A stretch of DNA of 64,000 nucleotides from positions 35,165 to 99,164 of the forward strand of contig JAFWTY010000033.1 in assembly GCA_017518735.1 (NCBI GenBank), given 5' to 3'. The notes under the pieces were generated by a model. The model saw only the letters and a list, made by a program, of their open reading frames with translations. It ran no database searches and was not told the origin of the DNA. Both the position numbers and the translations under genes were made by a program. This document shows positions 7,230-17,008 of this stretch, in pieces. Numbering within the stretch: position 1 is the stretch's first letter; each line of letters opens with the position of its first letter. The DNA comes from Lachnospiraceae bacterium (GTDB taxonomy: Bacteria > Bacillota > Clostridia > Lachnospirales > Lachnospiraceae).

Positions 7230-8753
7230 ATGAAGAATTTTTCCCTTATTTCAACCCGAATAATTCTTGTTTTTTCCGGATTGTTCCTGCTTCTCGCCAT
7301 ACTGTCCGGTGTCATTATTCCACCCCATAATTTGTTAAGAACACAAATGATTCCGGCTTTGATTATTATGACGGCCGGTGTATTTCTGTTGATTTTTCTC
7401 ATTCCTTCCTTTTCCGGAAAAAGAGAAAATTCCGGGGAAAAGCTGTTTCGGATTCTCTTTTTGATTCTGATTACCGTCTTTGGAATTGCCATTTTTGTCT
7501 TAAACTTCAAATACAGGTTAATTAAGGCCTCCCTTCAGGATTACGCCGTCATTTCGGCTAATGCGGAATGCATTGCCAAAGGTACGGCACTGGAGGTTCC
7601 TGACTACTACCTGATTGCTTCCAACAACTTTAAACCGACCCTGATTCTGGCGCTTTGTTATAAGCTCGCCTATCTGCTCGGATTTTCAAATCCATATGTA
7701 CCCACTCTTCTTATTTTTACCGCCTGGACAGTGGTTTCCGTTTTGATTACATGCCTCATGATCGAAGGAAAGAATGCCTGGTTTTACCGTTTCCTTTTAC
7801 TTCTTGGTTTCCTGTTTATGCTCCCGCTTTACATTCAGGCAGGCTCCTTTTACACGGATTCCATGACCTTCGGAACGGCAATTATCACATTGTTTTTGAT
7901 GAAAAAAAGTGTCACTGCCATCAAAAAAGACAGCAAACCGGTAAAGCCAATTCTTCTGTCGGTGTGTGCCGGATTCATCTTGGCCGTAGGATACGGCATA
8001 AAAGTAACCGTCCTCATTCCGATCATTGCCGGCTTCATGGTTTTTCTTTTCTGGATGTTTACCAAAGAAAAAGCCAATCGCAAAGTATTAAAAACCGCAC
8101 TGCAATCTCTGGCTCCGGCAATTCTTGCATTCATCCTTTTCAGCATCGTTTTCGAGTCTTACTCATTAACATTCAAAGAATACAGGGATGCCAAGAAAAC
8201 CGAAGAACCAATCGTTGGATACATTGCCCTCGGATTGAAAGGAAACGGCTCCTTTGTGGAAAACAGTGATTTCGGATATGCCGAACGCTACCTTGCCAAC
8301 AAGGAAGAAAAAGCTGAGTTTTCCAAACAGTATATCAAAGAAAACGCCCATTACTTCTTCGAACCCGATCACATCCTTCGAAAGATGAATTATAACTTTT
8401 CTTCCGGTTTCCTGGGTGCAAGCGATTTCTGTTCCTATCCGGAAGAAGACGGCAATCTGTTCTATCATCTTTTTGATGCATGGGGCAACTACTACTGGCG
8501 CACTTCTCAGTATTGCTATCTCTATATTCATCTCCTCTACGCCATCCTCCTTTTGGGAGCCGTTTACGGCGTATACGTTACAACAAAAGAAAAAAAGATT
8601 CCCTGCAATCTTTTGCTCGGAAATCTTACTTTTCTCGGTCTTTTCATTTTCCTGATGATCTGGGAAGCCAACAACCGGCAGCTTTATAATCAAATGCCGG
8701 TTTTACTCTTCGGTGCAGTATCCGTAATCCGTTCCGTTCGAAGTCATAAGTAA
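7230..8753 (+). CDS. polytopic membrane protein (GT-C/PMT-like candidate), one of only three plus-strand genes and the only one in the glycan locus
   Basis: 507 aa with about 12 or more hydrophobic segments by eye. No soluble domain larger than about 90 aa. No close motif match that I can name. Confidence 0.6.
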   Translation: MKNFSLISTRIILVFSGLFLLLAILSGVIIPPHNLLRTQMIPALIIMTAGVFLLIFLIPSFSGKRENSGEKLFRILFLILITVFGIAIFVLNFKYRLIKASLQDYAVISANAECIAKGTALEVPDYYLIASNNFKPTLILALCYKLAYLLGFSNPYVPTLLIFTAWTVVSVLITCLMIEGKNAWFYRFLLLLGFLFMLPLYIQAGSFYTDSMTFGTAIITLFLMKKSVTAIKKDSKPVKPILLSVCAGFILAVGYGIKVTVLIPIIAGFMVFLFWMFTKEKANRKVLKTALQSLAPAILAFILFSIVFESYSLTFKEYRDAKKTEEPIVGYIALGLKGNGSFVENSDFGYAERYLANKEEKAEFSKQYIKENAHYFFEPDHILRKMNYNFSSGFLGASDFCSYPEEDGNLFYHLFDAWGNYYWRTSQYCYLYIHLLYAILLLGAVYGVYVTTKEKKIPCNLLLGNLTFLGLFIFLMIWEANNRQLYNQMPVLLFGAVSVIRSVRSHK

Positions 8754-10505
8754 ACTCTTCTTCTGATACAGAACAAATTTCTCATTTTGAAATACGATTG
8801 TATAATGATTCTCTCTTAAAAACTGTGCAAACAGTTTATCTTTTTCTTTTTCCAAATCCGATAAATCAACGGTTAAATAATTATCCCGATCGGCTTTTCC
8901 AAAAAAGAGCGGATATACTTCTTCGCTGTTAAGTCTCTCCAAATCCTCTTTCAACTCCTCGGTCGGGAAGGAGTCCAGATCCGGCCACGAATGGGAAATA
9001 GCACACTCTTCCTCCATATAAAAGAACAGGCCCGGCGTATCATTATAGCAAATTGCCTTCTGATGCTTTAACTGATTCTTATCCAGATAATCATTCAGTT
9101 CCTGCAGACTTTGTGCAGACTTTGCCTCTGTCCGGATTCCCTTCATAACAGGGTTATTATCAACCGTCTCAAATTTAGCCTGCGTAAAAGATGCATCATG
9201 GAATACGAATGTGATACCGAAAGCAGTACTTTGGAACAACACAAATAAACAAACCAGCAATGCGGATATATAAACTCCGGTCCGGAAAGCTGTCTTCCTG
9301 CCGGCAGTTTCGTCTTTTGCGAATACATCAAACATTTCCCCGATTACAAACGGGCCTGTAAGGAACATGTTGTTAAATGCAGTATACAATCCGTTGTTGC
9401 TTCCGATCGGTGTAATCAAAACAATTATAAGAACAGTCAGACCGAGAAGTTTTCTCTCTTCGCTGATGTCTTTTCGGAACAATCCGTATACAGCCAGAGA
9501 AATTGCCATCATCAGCATAAACGTTCCGAACATGAAGATGGATCGATAATCATTGTAGGTAAAATTGAATGCCCCGTATCTTCGGTAAAGAACAAGTGAA
9601 ATACCGGCAAATCCGATTGCTTCGAAAACCAAAATGATGATGCGAAGAATTTTTTTCTTAATGAAGGCGAACAATACTCCGCAAAGAACTGCACACAAGA
9701 GGTAAGGTACAAAAAACTTAAAATACATCCTGTAATCGTCGAAGATTTTTACAAGCATCGCCTTCGGCGTATACGATGTCGCTTCCTTTGTCATTCCGAA
9801 CAATGAATGAATCATGGCAAAGAAGGAATCTTTTCCCCATGCGATGGAAACCAGCACAAAGCCCGCCGCAAATACAGCGATATACCCGCCGATGCAAAGC
9901 ATTACTTTGCGCCATACATTTTTCTTTTTCAAAATACCATGGAAGATTAAAACCACGATTAACAGACACTCTGTTACGTTCGGAAAACGTACAAAAAGAT
10001 TCAAAGCGAGTATTCCGCCGGCTATAAAGTAAAGTGCCTTTTTCTCTTTTTGAATTGCAAGAAGTAAAAGAATCGCGCCGAGGTCAAACAAATAGTAAGT
10101 AAGATAATGATACAAAATAGTTCTCGGGCACCAGCAGAAACCAAGCGCAATGAACATCCCCAAAAATACCGGCAGGGAATTGTAATGCCGGCGCAGTAGA
10201 AAATAGATTACAGAAACAAATATGCCACTGAGAATCGTGCAATAAATGTTGAGGCCCAGAACAGTTCCGCCAAGCGGCAATATCGAAAAGAAACGGCCGA
10301 TGACATTCGCAAGCACCGTAGAAACCGCCCACGTTTCATTCATGTTTGGAAACACGGAAAAATTGAGCAGATTATAGCCTGTATCCGAAACACTGATTCC
10401 GGTTGAAATATGTAAAAACGGAAAAGCAAACAATAGTAAAACAAACAAGATATCCAATAATCTCGTCGTTTTCTTTGTATTCGATTCCATCGCTTTATTT
10501 CCCAT
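8703..10505 (-). CDS. large polytopic membrane protein with C-terminal extracytoplasmic domain (GT-C-like glycosyltransferase candidate)
   Basis: The ATG overlaps the upstream stop (TAATG) and has SD GAAGGGA. SDTGYNLLNF acidic motif directly after TM1. About 150-aa soluble C-terminus. Confidence 0.65.
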   Translation of the reverse strand: MGNKAMESNTKKTTRLLDILFVLLLFAFPFLHISTGISVSDTGYNLLNFSVFPNMNETWAVSTVLANVIGRFFSILPLGGTVLGLNIYCTILSGIFVSVIYFLLRRHYNSLPVFLGMFIALGFCWCPRTILYHYLTYYLFDLGAILLLLAIQKEKKALYFIAGGILALNLFVRFPNVTECLLIVVLIFHGILKKKNVWRKVMLCIGGYIAVFAAGFVLVSIAWGKDSFFAMIHSLFGMTKEATSYTPKAMLVKIFDDYRMYFKFFVPYLLCAVLCGVLFAFIKKKILRIIILVFEAIGFAGISLVLYRRYGAFNFTYNDYRSIFMFGTFMLMMAISLAVYGLFRKDISEERKLLGLTVLIIVLITPIGSNNGLYTAFNNMFLTGPFVIGEMFDVFAKDETAGRKTAFRTGVYISALLVCLFVLFQSTAFGITFVFHDASFTQAKFETVDNNPVMKGIRTEAKSAQSLQELNDYLDKNQLKHQKAICYNDTPGLFFYMEEECAISHSWPDLDSFPTEELKEDLERLNSEEVYPLFFGKADRDNYLTVDLSDLEKEKDKLFAQFLRENHYTIVFQNEKFVLYQKKSLLMTSNGTDYGYCTEE

Positions 10506-11656
10506 TATTCTATCCCTTCAAATGACTCGTCTTTTTTCGGGAAAAATACATCCAGCTTCCCCAGCACTTTAAAGAACCACTTCACGGGTTTTGTTTTATC
10601 CAACAGTCCGAACAAAAGCTTTCGAATGCCTTCCACTACTGCTCCGATTATAAATACCGAAAGAACACATCCAATCAAATGTACGATAAAGTACGGAGCG
10701 TGAAAATGTTTCTCCACCTTCCAGAAAGTGATCCAAAGATCTCTTAACAGATAGTGTTCATGCAACAGGTAAATACCGAAGGTAAGCGGTGCAATGAACA
10801 GAATCGTTTTTGATAAAAATCCGTCCGGAATTGTAATGGTGCGGAAGAACAAAAACAGACTGACGGAAGAAATGATAATGGTAGGTGAATTGTATTCGAG
10901 CAGTATCTTAATAAACACCTCAAATCTTCCCGTGGATTTAAACACCGCATAAACCGCAAAGAAGCTTGCCAATGTAATAATAGAGCACAAGAAATACAAT
11001 ACCAGATATAACGGTCTTTTTTTCTTCTCAATCGGAACAAAACGACGAATGTAGGACGCAACCGTAAACAGCGTCAAAAACCAGATCAGTCCGTATCCTT
11101 TGTCATCCAAAGGTGCAGACTGCGGAAGGATCATCCTCCATACTCTGGAAAACAAAAGCAGGCAAATAATCATTAGTCCAAGGTGCTGTTTCTGATTCAG
11201 TTTCCGTATTCCAACCGCCGCGAAAGGAGCCAGGAGGTAGAAGAAAACATAGGAAGATGCAAACCAGTAATGTGCCGATGCAATCGGTGCAAAAAACAAT
11301 GTCTTAAAGAACGTTTCCGATGCATACTCCGGCAGTTTCCCAAGCACAAGGAATATCAGGAAAATTCCAATCGAATAAAACAGAACCTGGATTACAATCT
11401 TAAAGACTTTTTCATTTTTGGCAGTACTGTTAATCAGGAAATATCCGCTGATCAGTACATACAGATTGACCGCTCCGTAAGAAAGAATCTCAAAAGTCCA
11501 CGCTATCATTCCGTTTACAAAATCCGGAGCGGAAGGCGTAAGATTCTCCATCTCGGGAAGAGCATTTCCCTTTCCGAGATAATGAAGTGTTATAACCATC
11601 AGCATGGCTATAATTCTCAACAATTCCAAATTTGCCTGTCTTTTCTTCGCTGCCAT
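10505..11656 (-). CDS. acyltransferase family 3 (AT3) membrane O-acyltransferase, no fused SGNH domain
   Basis: N-terminus ...KRQANLELLRIIAMLMVITLHYLGKG is the typical AT3 start (conserved R and H). 383 aa, about 10 TM segments. Confidence 0.8.
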   Translation of the reverse strand: MAAKKRQANLELLRIIAMLMVITLHYLGKGNALPEMENLTPSAPDFVNGMIAWTFEILSYGAVNLYVLISGYFLINSTAKNEKVFKIVIQVLFYSIGIFLIFLVLGKLPEYASETFFKTLFFAPIASAHYWFASSYVFFYLLAPFAAVGIRKLNQKQHLGLMIICLLLFSRVWRMILPQSAPLDDKGYGLIWFLTLFTVASYIRRFVPIEKKKRPLYLVLYFLCSIITLASFFAVYAVFKSTGRFEVFIKILLEYNSPTIIISSVSLFLFFRTITIPDGFLSKTILFIAPLTFGIYLLHEHYLLRDLWITFWKVEKHFHAPYFIVHLIGCVLSVFIIGAVVEGIRKLLFGLLDKTKPVKWFFKVLGKLDVFFPKKDESFEGIE

Positions 11657-11673
11657 TTTTTCCTCTTGTAATA

Positions 11674-12612
11674 CTATTTTCTGGATTGATGAATCATCAT
11701 CTGAATCATATTCAGTCTTGCTTCAAAGTCTTTCTTATTCGTTTTCACAACGGTATCCAGGATCAGTCCGCAAATAAAGAGCAGGATTGAAACAATCATT
11801 ACCGCAATGGACACAAACAAAGTAGGGAAACGTTCTACGAGTCCCGTTCTTAAGTAATCAATAAATACCGGAACAAAGAATCCGACTCCCAGTGCCAGGA
11901 AGGCGAAGGAACAGAGCCCGAAAAACCTTAACGGCTTGTAATCCTTGAACAGTTTAATAATTGTCATCAGAACTTTAAACCCATCCGAATAGGTATTCAG
12001 TTTGGACACGCTTCCGTCCGGTCTATCCCTGTACTGTACCTCTACGGTATCCAGCTGCATATTTTTGTCCAGCGCAAAAATAGACATTTCGGTTTCGATT
12101 TCAAATCCCTTGGAAAGAACCGGGAAGGATTTGACAAAAAGAGGAGAAAATGCACGATACCCCGTCATAATGTCCGTAATCTTTCCGCGGAACAGGTTGT
12201 TTACCGCTCCCCTTACAAGCGTGTTTCCGAAGTTATGGAACGGTCTTTTGTTTTCCTGGAAATATGTGGAAGAAAGACGATCTCCGATAACCATGTCTGA
12301 TCCCTTTTCCAAAACAAGATCACACATCTCTCTTGCATTTTCGGCGGGATATGTATCGTCACCGTCTATCATAAGATAGCAGTCCGCATCAATATCACGG
12401 AACATGGTACGGATTACGTTTCCTTTTCCCTGACGTCTTTCATACCGGACAATTGCTCCTGCTTTTCTTGCAATTTCATCGGTTCCGTCGGAAGAGTTAT
12501 TGTCATATACATAGATATCCGCTTCCGGCAGAACAGCACGATAATCCGTCACTACCTTTTCAATTGTCTTTGCCTCATTATAGCAAGGAATTAAAACTGC
12601 AATTTTACTCAT
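11674..12612 (-). CDS. GT2 polyprenyl-phosphate glycosyltransferase (DPM/GtrB-like; candidate polyprenyl-P-mannose synthase)
   Basis: Trimmed to the ATG at 12612 (SD GAGAGGG). Motifs IPCYNEAKTI, DNNSSDGT, DGDDTYPA. Two C-terminal TM helices. Lies directly downstream of manC-manA. Confidence 0.75.
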   Translation of the reverse strand: MSKIAVLIPCYNEAKTIEKVVTDYRAVLPEADIYVYDNNSSDGTDEIARKAGAIVRYERRQGKGNVIRTMFRDIDADCYLMIDGDDTYPAENAREMCDLVLEKGSDMVIGDRLSSTYFQENKRPFHNFGNTLVRGAVNNLFRGKITDIMTGYRAFSPLFVKSFPVLSKGFEIETEMSIFALDKNMQLDTVEVQYRDRPDGSVSKLNTYSDGFKVLMTIIKLFKDYKPLRFFGLCSFAFLALGVGFFVPVFIDYLRTGLVERFPTLFVSIAVMIVSILLFICGLILDTVVKTNKKDFEARLNMIQMMIHQSRK

Positions 12613-12623
12613 CTTTGCCCTCT

Positions 12624-13631
12624 CTAACAACGCACACGTAAAAACTGCGCTATTCCGTGTAATTTTATTTCATAATTGCCTGCAGGAATGAAAACACAAT
12701 CCCCCTTAAAAAGATCCAGTGCTTCATCTCCCGCATGAAGTACCCCGCATCCGTCGGTACAAAGAAGTACCTGGAATGTTTCGGACAATGCATTCATTTT
12801 CGTATATTCTCTGCATCGCTCCGTATTCATCAGTAGGCGTTCCGTTTGAAAGACTCTGCATCTGCAAAGAATCTCGGATGCGCTGCCTCTTGTATATTTC
12901 AAAACTCGAATCGGCTGTCTCGGATCCTCGGAAGATTTATAATTCATCACCTCAAGAGCCTTATCGATATGTAAGGGGCGTTCCTTTCCCTCTTTGTCTT
13001 TTCGATCATAATCATATAACCGGTATGTGATATCCGAGTTTTCCTGCACTTCGGCAAGAAGGCAACCGGATCCGATTCCGTGAACCGTTCCGGGAGCTAC
13101 AAAGAATACCTGATTCTTTTCAATCGGGACTTTTCGGATAAGACTTTCCAACTTCTTTTCCCGCAATGCGTTCACTACTTCTTCCCGGTCCGTATCCTTT
13201 CGAAAGCCGTAAATAATATTGCTATCCGGTTTTGCATCGAGGACATACCACATTTCCATCTTTCCCAAAGAATCCTCGTGAATACGTGCATATTCATCAT
13301 CCGGATGAACCTGAATGGAAAGATCCGACTTCGCATCGATGAGTTTGATCAAAATCGGAAGTTCGCCTTTTTCATTCGCATGTCGCCCAAGCATGTCAGG
13401 ATGATTCTTCAGCACTTCGGCAAGTGTCATTCCTTTATACACACCGGATGCAACCAAGGCCTCTCCTGACGGATGCGTGGAACACTCCCATGTTTCCGCA
13501 AGCGGTTCCATGTCAATGTTTTTGGAAAAATCATCATTGAGCCTGTTTCCGCCCCAAAGATAATCTTTTCCCGCAGGACTGAGCAGGAACGGTATTTCGT
13601 TTTTATTCCAGTTCGAATTTGTATTTGTCAT
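12624..13631 (-). CDS. manA: class I mannose-6-phosphate isomerase
   Basis: WECSTHPSG, IQVHPDD and VHGIGSG motifs. The ORF-track start at 13667 is a TTG. The ATG at 13631 (MTNTN...) has the AAGGAA SD. Overlaps the manC 3' end. Confidence 0.85.
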   Translation of the reverse strand: MTNTNSNWNKNEIPFLLSPAGKDYLWGGNRLNDDFSKNIDMEPLAETWECSTHPSGEALVASGVYKGMTLAEVLKNHPDMLGRHANEKGELPILIKLIDAKSDLSIQVHPDDEYARIHEDSLGKMEMWYVLDAKPDSNIIYGFRKDTDREEVVNALREKKLESLIRKVPIEKNQVFFVAPGTVHGIGSGCLLAEVQENSDITYRLYDYDRKDKEGKERPLHIDKALEVMNYKSSEDPRQPIRVLKYTRGSASEILCRCRVFQTERLLMNTERCREYTKMNALSETFQVLLCTDGCGVLHAGDEALDLFKGDCVFIPAGNYEIKLHGIAQFLRVRC

Positions 13632-14916
13632 GAATTGTGATTTCCTTGCCAATCTGCACTTCAACAATCTTCAACGTTGTATCCGCAATAACGGTATGGC
13701 GGCACCCTGTCTGCATTGTGATTACATCACCAACGGTAACATTCTGCTTCATTCCATCTACAACTGTAGTTCCTTTGCCTTCGATGACAACCCATACTTC
13801 ATCTCGCAACTGATGAGAATGATAATTCATGCTGTGTCCCGGATTTAATGTTACCAGAATCGTCATGCTTTCGTCTTCCACATTCAACACACGGAAACTT
13901 CCCCAAGACTTCTCCGCAAACATAACCTGTCCGACGATATCATCCACATAAGGTTTGATGTAACTTGATTCTTTTTTGTCCGAAACCAGAATTCCTTCCG
14001 GGCTTGCCGTAATAATTACATCATGCATTCCCATTGCAAGTATCGGCACGTTCAGTTCATTGATGATATGAACGTTTTCACATTTATCGTTCATAACTCC
14101 TTTTCCCATCACATGATCTTCGATAGATTCCGTAAGGGTATTCCAGGTTCCGAGATCCTTCCACACACCCCGGAAACGCATGACTGCAATGCGGTCTTCC
14201 TTTTCCGCAACCGCATAATCAAAACTGATTCTTTCCAAATCCGAATAACGTTCAAACAAATCGCGGTAATCGCGAAATGCAATCAGTTCATGTGCCTTCT
14301 TTAAAAGATATCCAAGACGGAAAGCAAACACTCCGCCATTCCACAATGCACCTTTTTGAATATATTCTTCTGCGGTTTTTTCATCCGGCTTTTCCTTGAA
14401 CATTGCTACTTCACTTACCGGATTGGAATCTTTGGGAATAATGTATCCGTACTTTGCGGAAGGATATGTCGGTTCCATTCCGAGAAGACAAAGGTTTGCT
14501 TCCGAAGTCTGTGCCAGTTTGCACAGTTCAATCAAGGCTTTAAAATAATCATCCTCCACATAAGGATCGACCGGGCAGATCACAACAGCTTCATCATCCG
14601 GGACACGACACTCATCATGGAGATACGCACAGGCAAGTGCAATTGCGGGAAACGTGTCCTTCCTGTCCGGCTCAACGCTGACATTCACCTTGTTTCCAAG
14701 CTGATTCTCAATCTCGGACAACTGCGTTTTGGAAGTGGCAATCGTGATATTAACGTTCTCTCCGGCCTTTTTTAACCCACGATACATTCTCTGAACCATG
14801 GATTCATATTCGCCGTTTTCATCTTTAAAAAAACGAATAAACTGTTTGGATCTTACATCATTCGATAACGGCCACAAGCGTTTTCCGCTTCCTCCGGATA
14901 ATAAAACAACATTCAT
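13603..14916 (-). CDS. manC: mannose-1-phosphate guanylyltransferase with C-terminal cupin domain
   Basis: MNVVLLSGGSGKRLWPLS...KQF nucleotidyltransferase P-loop. C-terminal cupin (GHSMNYHSHQLRDEVWVVIEG). ATGA overlap with the upstream gene. Confidence 0.85.
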   Translation of the reverse strand: MNVVLLSGGSGKRLWPLSNDVRSKQFIRFFKDENGEYESMVQRMYRGLKKAGENVNITIATSKTQLSEIENQLGNKVNVSVEPDRKDTFPAIALACAYLHDECRVPDDEAVVICPVDPYVEDDYFKALIELCKLAQTSEANLCLLGMEPTYPSAKYGYIIPKDSNPVSEVAMFKEKPDEKTAEEYIQKGALWNGGVFAFRLGYLLKKAHELIAFRDYRDLFERYSDLERISFDYAVAEKEDRIAVMRFRGVWKDLGTWNTLTESIEDHVMGKGVMNDKCENVHIINELNVPILAMGMHDVIITASPEGILVSDKKESSYIKPYVDDIVGQVMFAEKSWGSFRVLNVEDESMTILVTLNPGHSMNYHSHQLRDEVWVVIEGKGTTVVDGMKQNVTVGDVITMQTGCRHTVIADTTLKIVEVQIGKEITIHDKYKFELE

Positions 14917-16097
14917 TCTTCTTCCCCCGTTGTCTCTTTATTTTCTGAAACTCCGTATAAGCTTGCTCCCCATACTGCCCATGTCATACCGGGAACAAAG
15001 AAATATCTGAAATCAAATTCCGCCGGTGAAACAAAAGCGCCATAAACGGCAGTTGCCAGAATCAGCAATCCGAAAAACAACGCGTTTCGAATGATTCCCG
15101 CAACCTTTTCTTTTGTTCCGATCCGTTCAAATAATCCTTTTATAATCAAACAGGGAATACAGATTGCAAATCCCAGTCTGGTTGCGCTCACATAGAAGTA
15201 CGTAAGTGCCGGTCTCTTCTGCCACATGATATTCAGATACAATGCGTTGACATTGTCTCCGAACGGATACTCTTTTTTTGCAAGAACGAAAGGCGAAAGT
15301 GCTCCGGAAAAAACTTTTTTCAAAGTGGTTTTATCCATCGTCACCGCAGAAATCCACTGCGTATCGGAAATAACCACAAACAATGCAAGCGCCAGCATCC
15401 CCGCCATTCCGAATGCAAATACAAGCTCCCTGGCCAGATTGTCCTCGTTCCGCGCTTCCTTTTTGATAAGAATCTTTATAAGTCCCGCAAAACAGATAAC
15501 AAACGTACATCCTATACATACGTAAAACGAATATCTTTGAAGATATAAAAGCAGGAACAGGGAAAACAGATTTGCAAATGCAAAGGAAAAGTTCCTTCCC
15601 TTTCCAATCGTTTTCACAAAAAGGAATGCGTTTCCGATTCCGTATATCACAAGAGAAAATGCAAGCGCATCCGGCAACATGGCAAATACCATCTGCCACA
15701 TAAACGGATTCGTCAGGATCAAAACCGTTACAAGAGCCACACTTCCGTGCGGTGCTTTTTTCCCCGTTGTTCCTCTGATAAATGCTGCGCATCCGCTGTG
15801 AATAAACCCGTTGCAGAGCATCATCTGAAGCAGATATGCCACAGCATAAAAAGGAATTCTGGTAATTCTCTGTAACACTCTGCAAGCCACAATAAAGTAG
15901 GCATATCCCACCGAGTCATACCCAACCGTTTGGAGGCATTCTTTCACGGAAAGATAATTCTGCGTTTGCGCAAAAGGCTGAATGGACGCTATATTGGCAA
16001 TCCCCCAGACAATTGCAGTGAGAGCCTGAAACCAGACAAGCGCCAGCACCATGCCTTTGAATAATAATGCAATTTTACCGTTCCATGTTTTTTTCAT
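14913..16097 (-). CDS. polytopic membrane protein of unknown function
   Basis: 394 aa with about 10 hydrophobic segments. Tightly packed in the operon. Confidence 0.55.
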   Translation of the reverse strand: MKKTWNGKIALLFKGMVLALVWFQALTAIVWGIANIASIQPFAQTQNYLSVKECLQTVGYDSVGYAYFIVACRVLQRITRIPFYAVAYLLQMMLCNGFIHSGCAAFIRGTTGKKAPHGSVALVTVLILTNPFMWQMVFAMLPDALAFSLVIYGIGNAFLFVKTIGKGRNFSFAFANLFSLFLLLYLQRYSFYVCIGCTFVICFAGLIKILIKKEARNEDNLARELVFAFGMAGMLALALFVVISDTQWISAVTMDKTTLKKVFSGALSPFVLAKKEYPFGDNVNALYLNIMWQKRPALTYFYVSATRLGFAICIPCLIIKGLFERIGTKEKVAGIIRNALFFGLLILATAVYGAFVSPAEFDFRYFFVPGMTWAVWGASLYGVSENKETTGEEE

Positions 16098-16114
16098 ATT
16101 ACAAACAGTTCAGC

Positions 16115-17002
16115 CTATTGTTCCGTCTCGTTTATTAATTGAATTAATCCGTCCACATACATCTCGCGACCTTTTTGATTCAAATGCATACCGTCACGTA
16201 AAATGTCAGCCTCTTCATAATTCGTCTCATCTACACCCATACCGGAGAGATTATCCAAAAAGAAAGCATACTCATATTCCTCCGACACTCTCTTCATGGC
16301 ATCACGATAATCCGCTATTGTTCCTCCGCCGAAATCTTTTTCAAATCCGGTGATGTCCTCTTTTTCCGTAATGTCCTTGCAAAATGTAATGGAAGAAAGG
16401 ATAATCCTGGCGTTCGGACAAATTTTGTGAATGCGTTCTATCGAAGAACGAAGCCCGCCTTCATAGGTGCTTTCATCATAAGGATCTTCGCCTTTTATGG
16501 TCTCCCCCTCCGCATAATCATTCATTCCGTAATGGATTACCACGTAGTCCATTGCCTTGTAATCCAAAAACTTCATAACAAGAATTTTGGCTTCCACATC
16601 ACTGGGACAATTAATGACTTTCTCACGATTTCTGGTAATCGACGAAACATCTTTTGTTTCCATTATTTTTGTAAGGTTCGCGAGACAAAGAAGAGAAAGA
16701 AAGTCATCTTCTTCGTACGTCTTCTTTACACTTCCGGCGCATGTTCCGCCGAACGCTTCGTTATAGGTAACATATCCTGTGCGTTCATTTAGAATCTGCG
16801 TTACATCCTCACCTTCGAATCCGTAATCAATGTTGCTGTCTCCCAGAAAAAGGATTTGCTTTTTCTCCTGAAAAATAGCAGGGAAAACAGGCTTGGGCTT
16901 CTTCATTCCGGCAATACAAAGCAAAGCAACCATAGCGGCGAATCCAACTACAAATGTAATACAGTTTATTATTCTGTTTTTTGTCGAATACTGTTCGTCC
17001 AT
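16115..17002 (-). CDS. membrane-anchored SGNH/GDSL hydrolase (candidate extracytoplasmic O-acetyl transferase/esterase partner)
   Basis: N-terminal TM. All four SGNH blocks are intact: LFLGDSNI, FGGTCAG, HYGMNDY, DGMHLNQKG. Confidence 0.8.
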   Translation of the reverse strand: MDEQYSTKNRIINCITFVVGFAAMVALLCIAGMKKPKPVFPAIFQEKKQILFLGDSNIDYGFEGEDVTQILNERTGYVTYNEAFGGTCAGSVKKTYEEDDFLSLLCLANLTKIMETKDVSSITRNREKVINCPSDVEAKILVMKFLDYKAMDYVVIHYGMNDYAEGETIKGEDPYDESTYEGGLRSSIERIHKICPNARIILSSITFCKDITEKEDITGFEKDFGGGTIADYRDAMKRVSEEYEYAFFLDNLSGMGVDETNYEEADILRDGMHLNQKGREMYVDGLIQLINETEQ

Positions 17003-17008
17003 GTTGTC

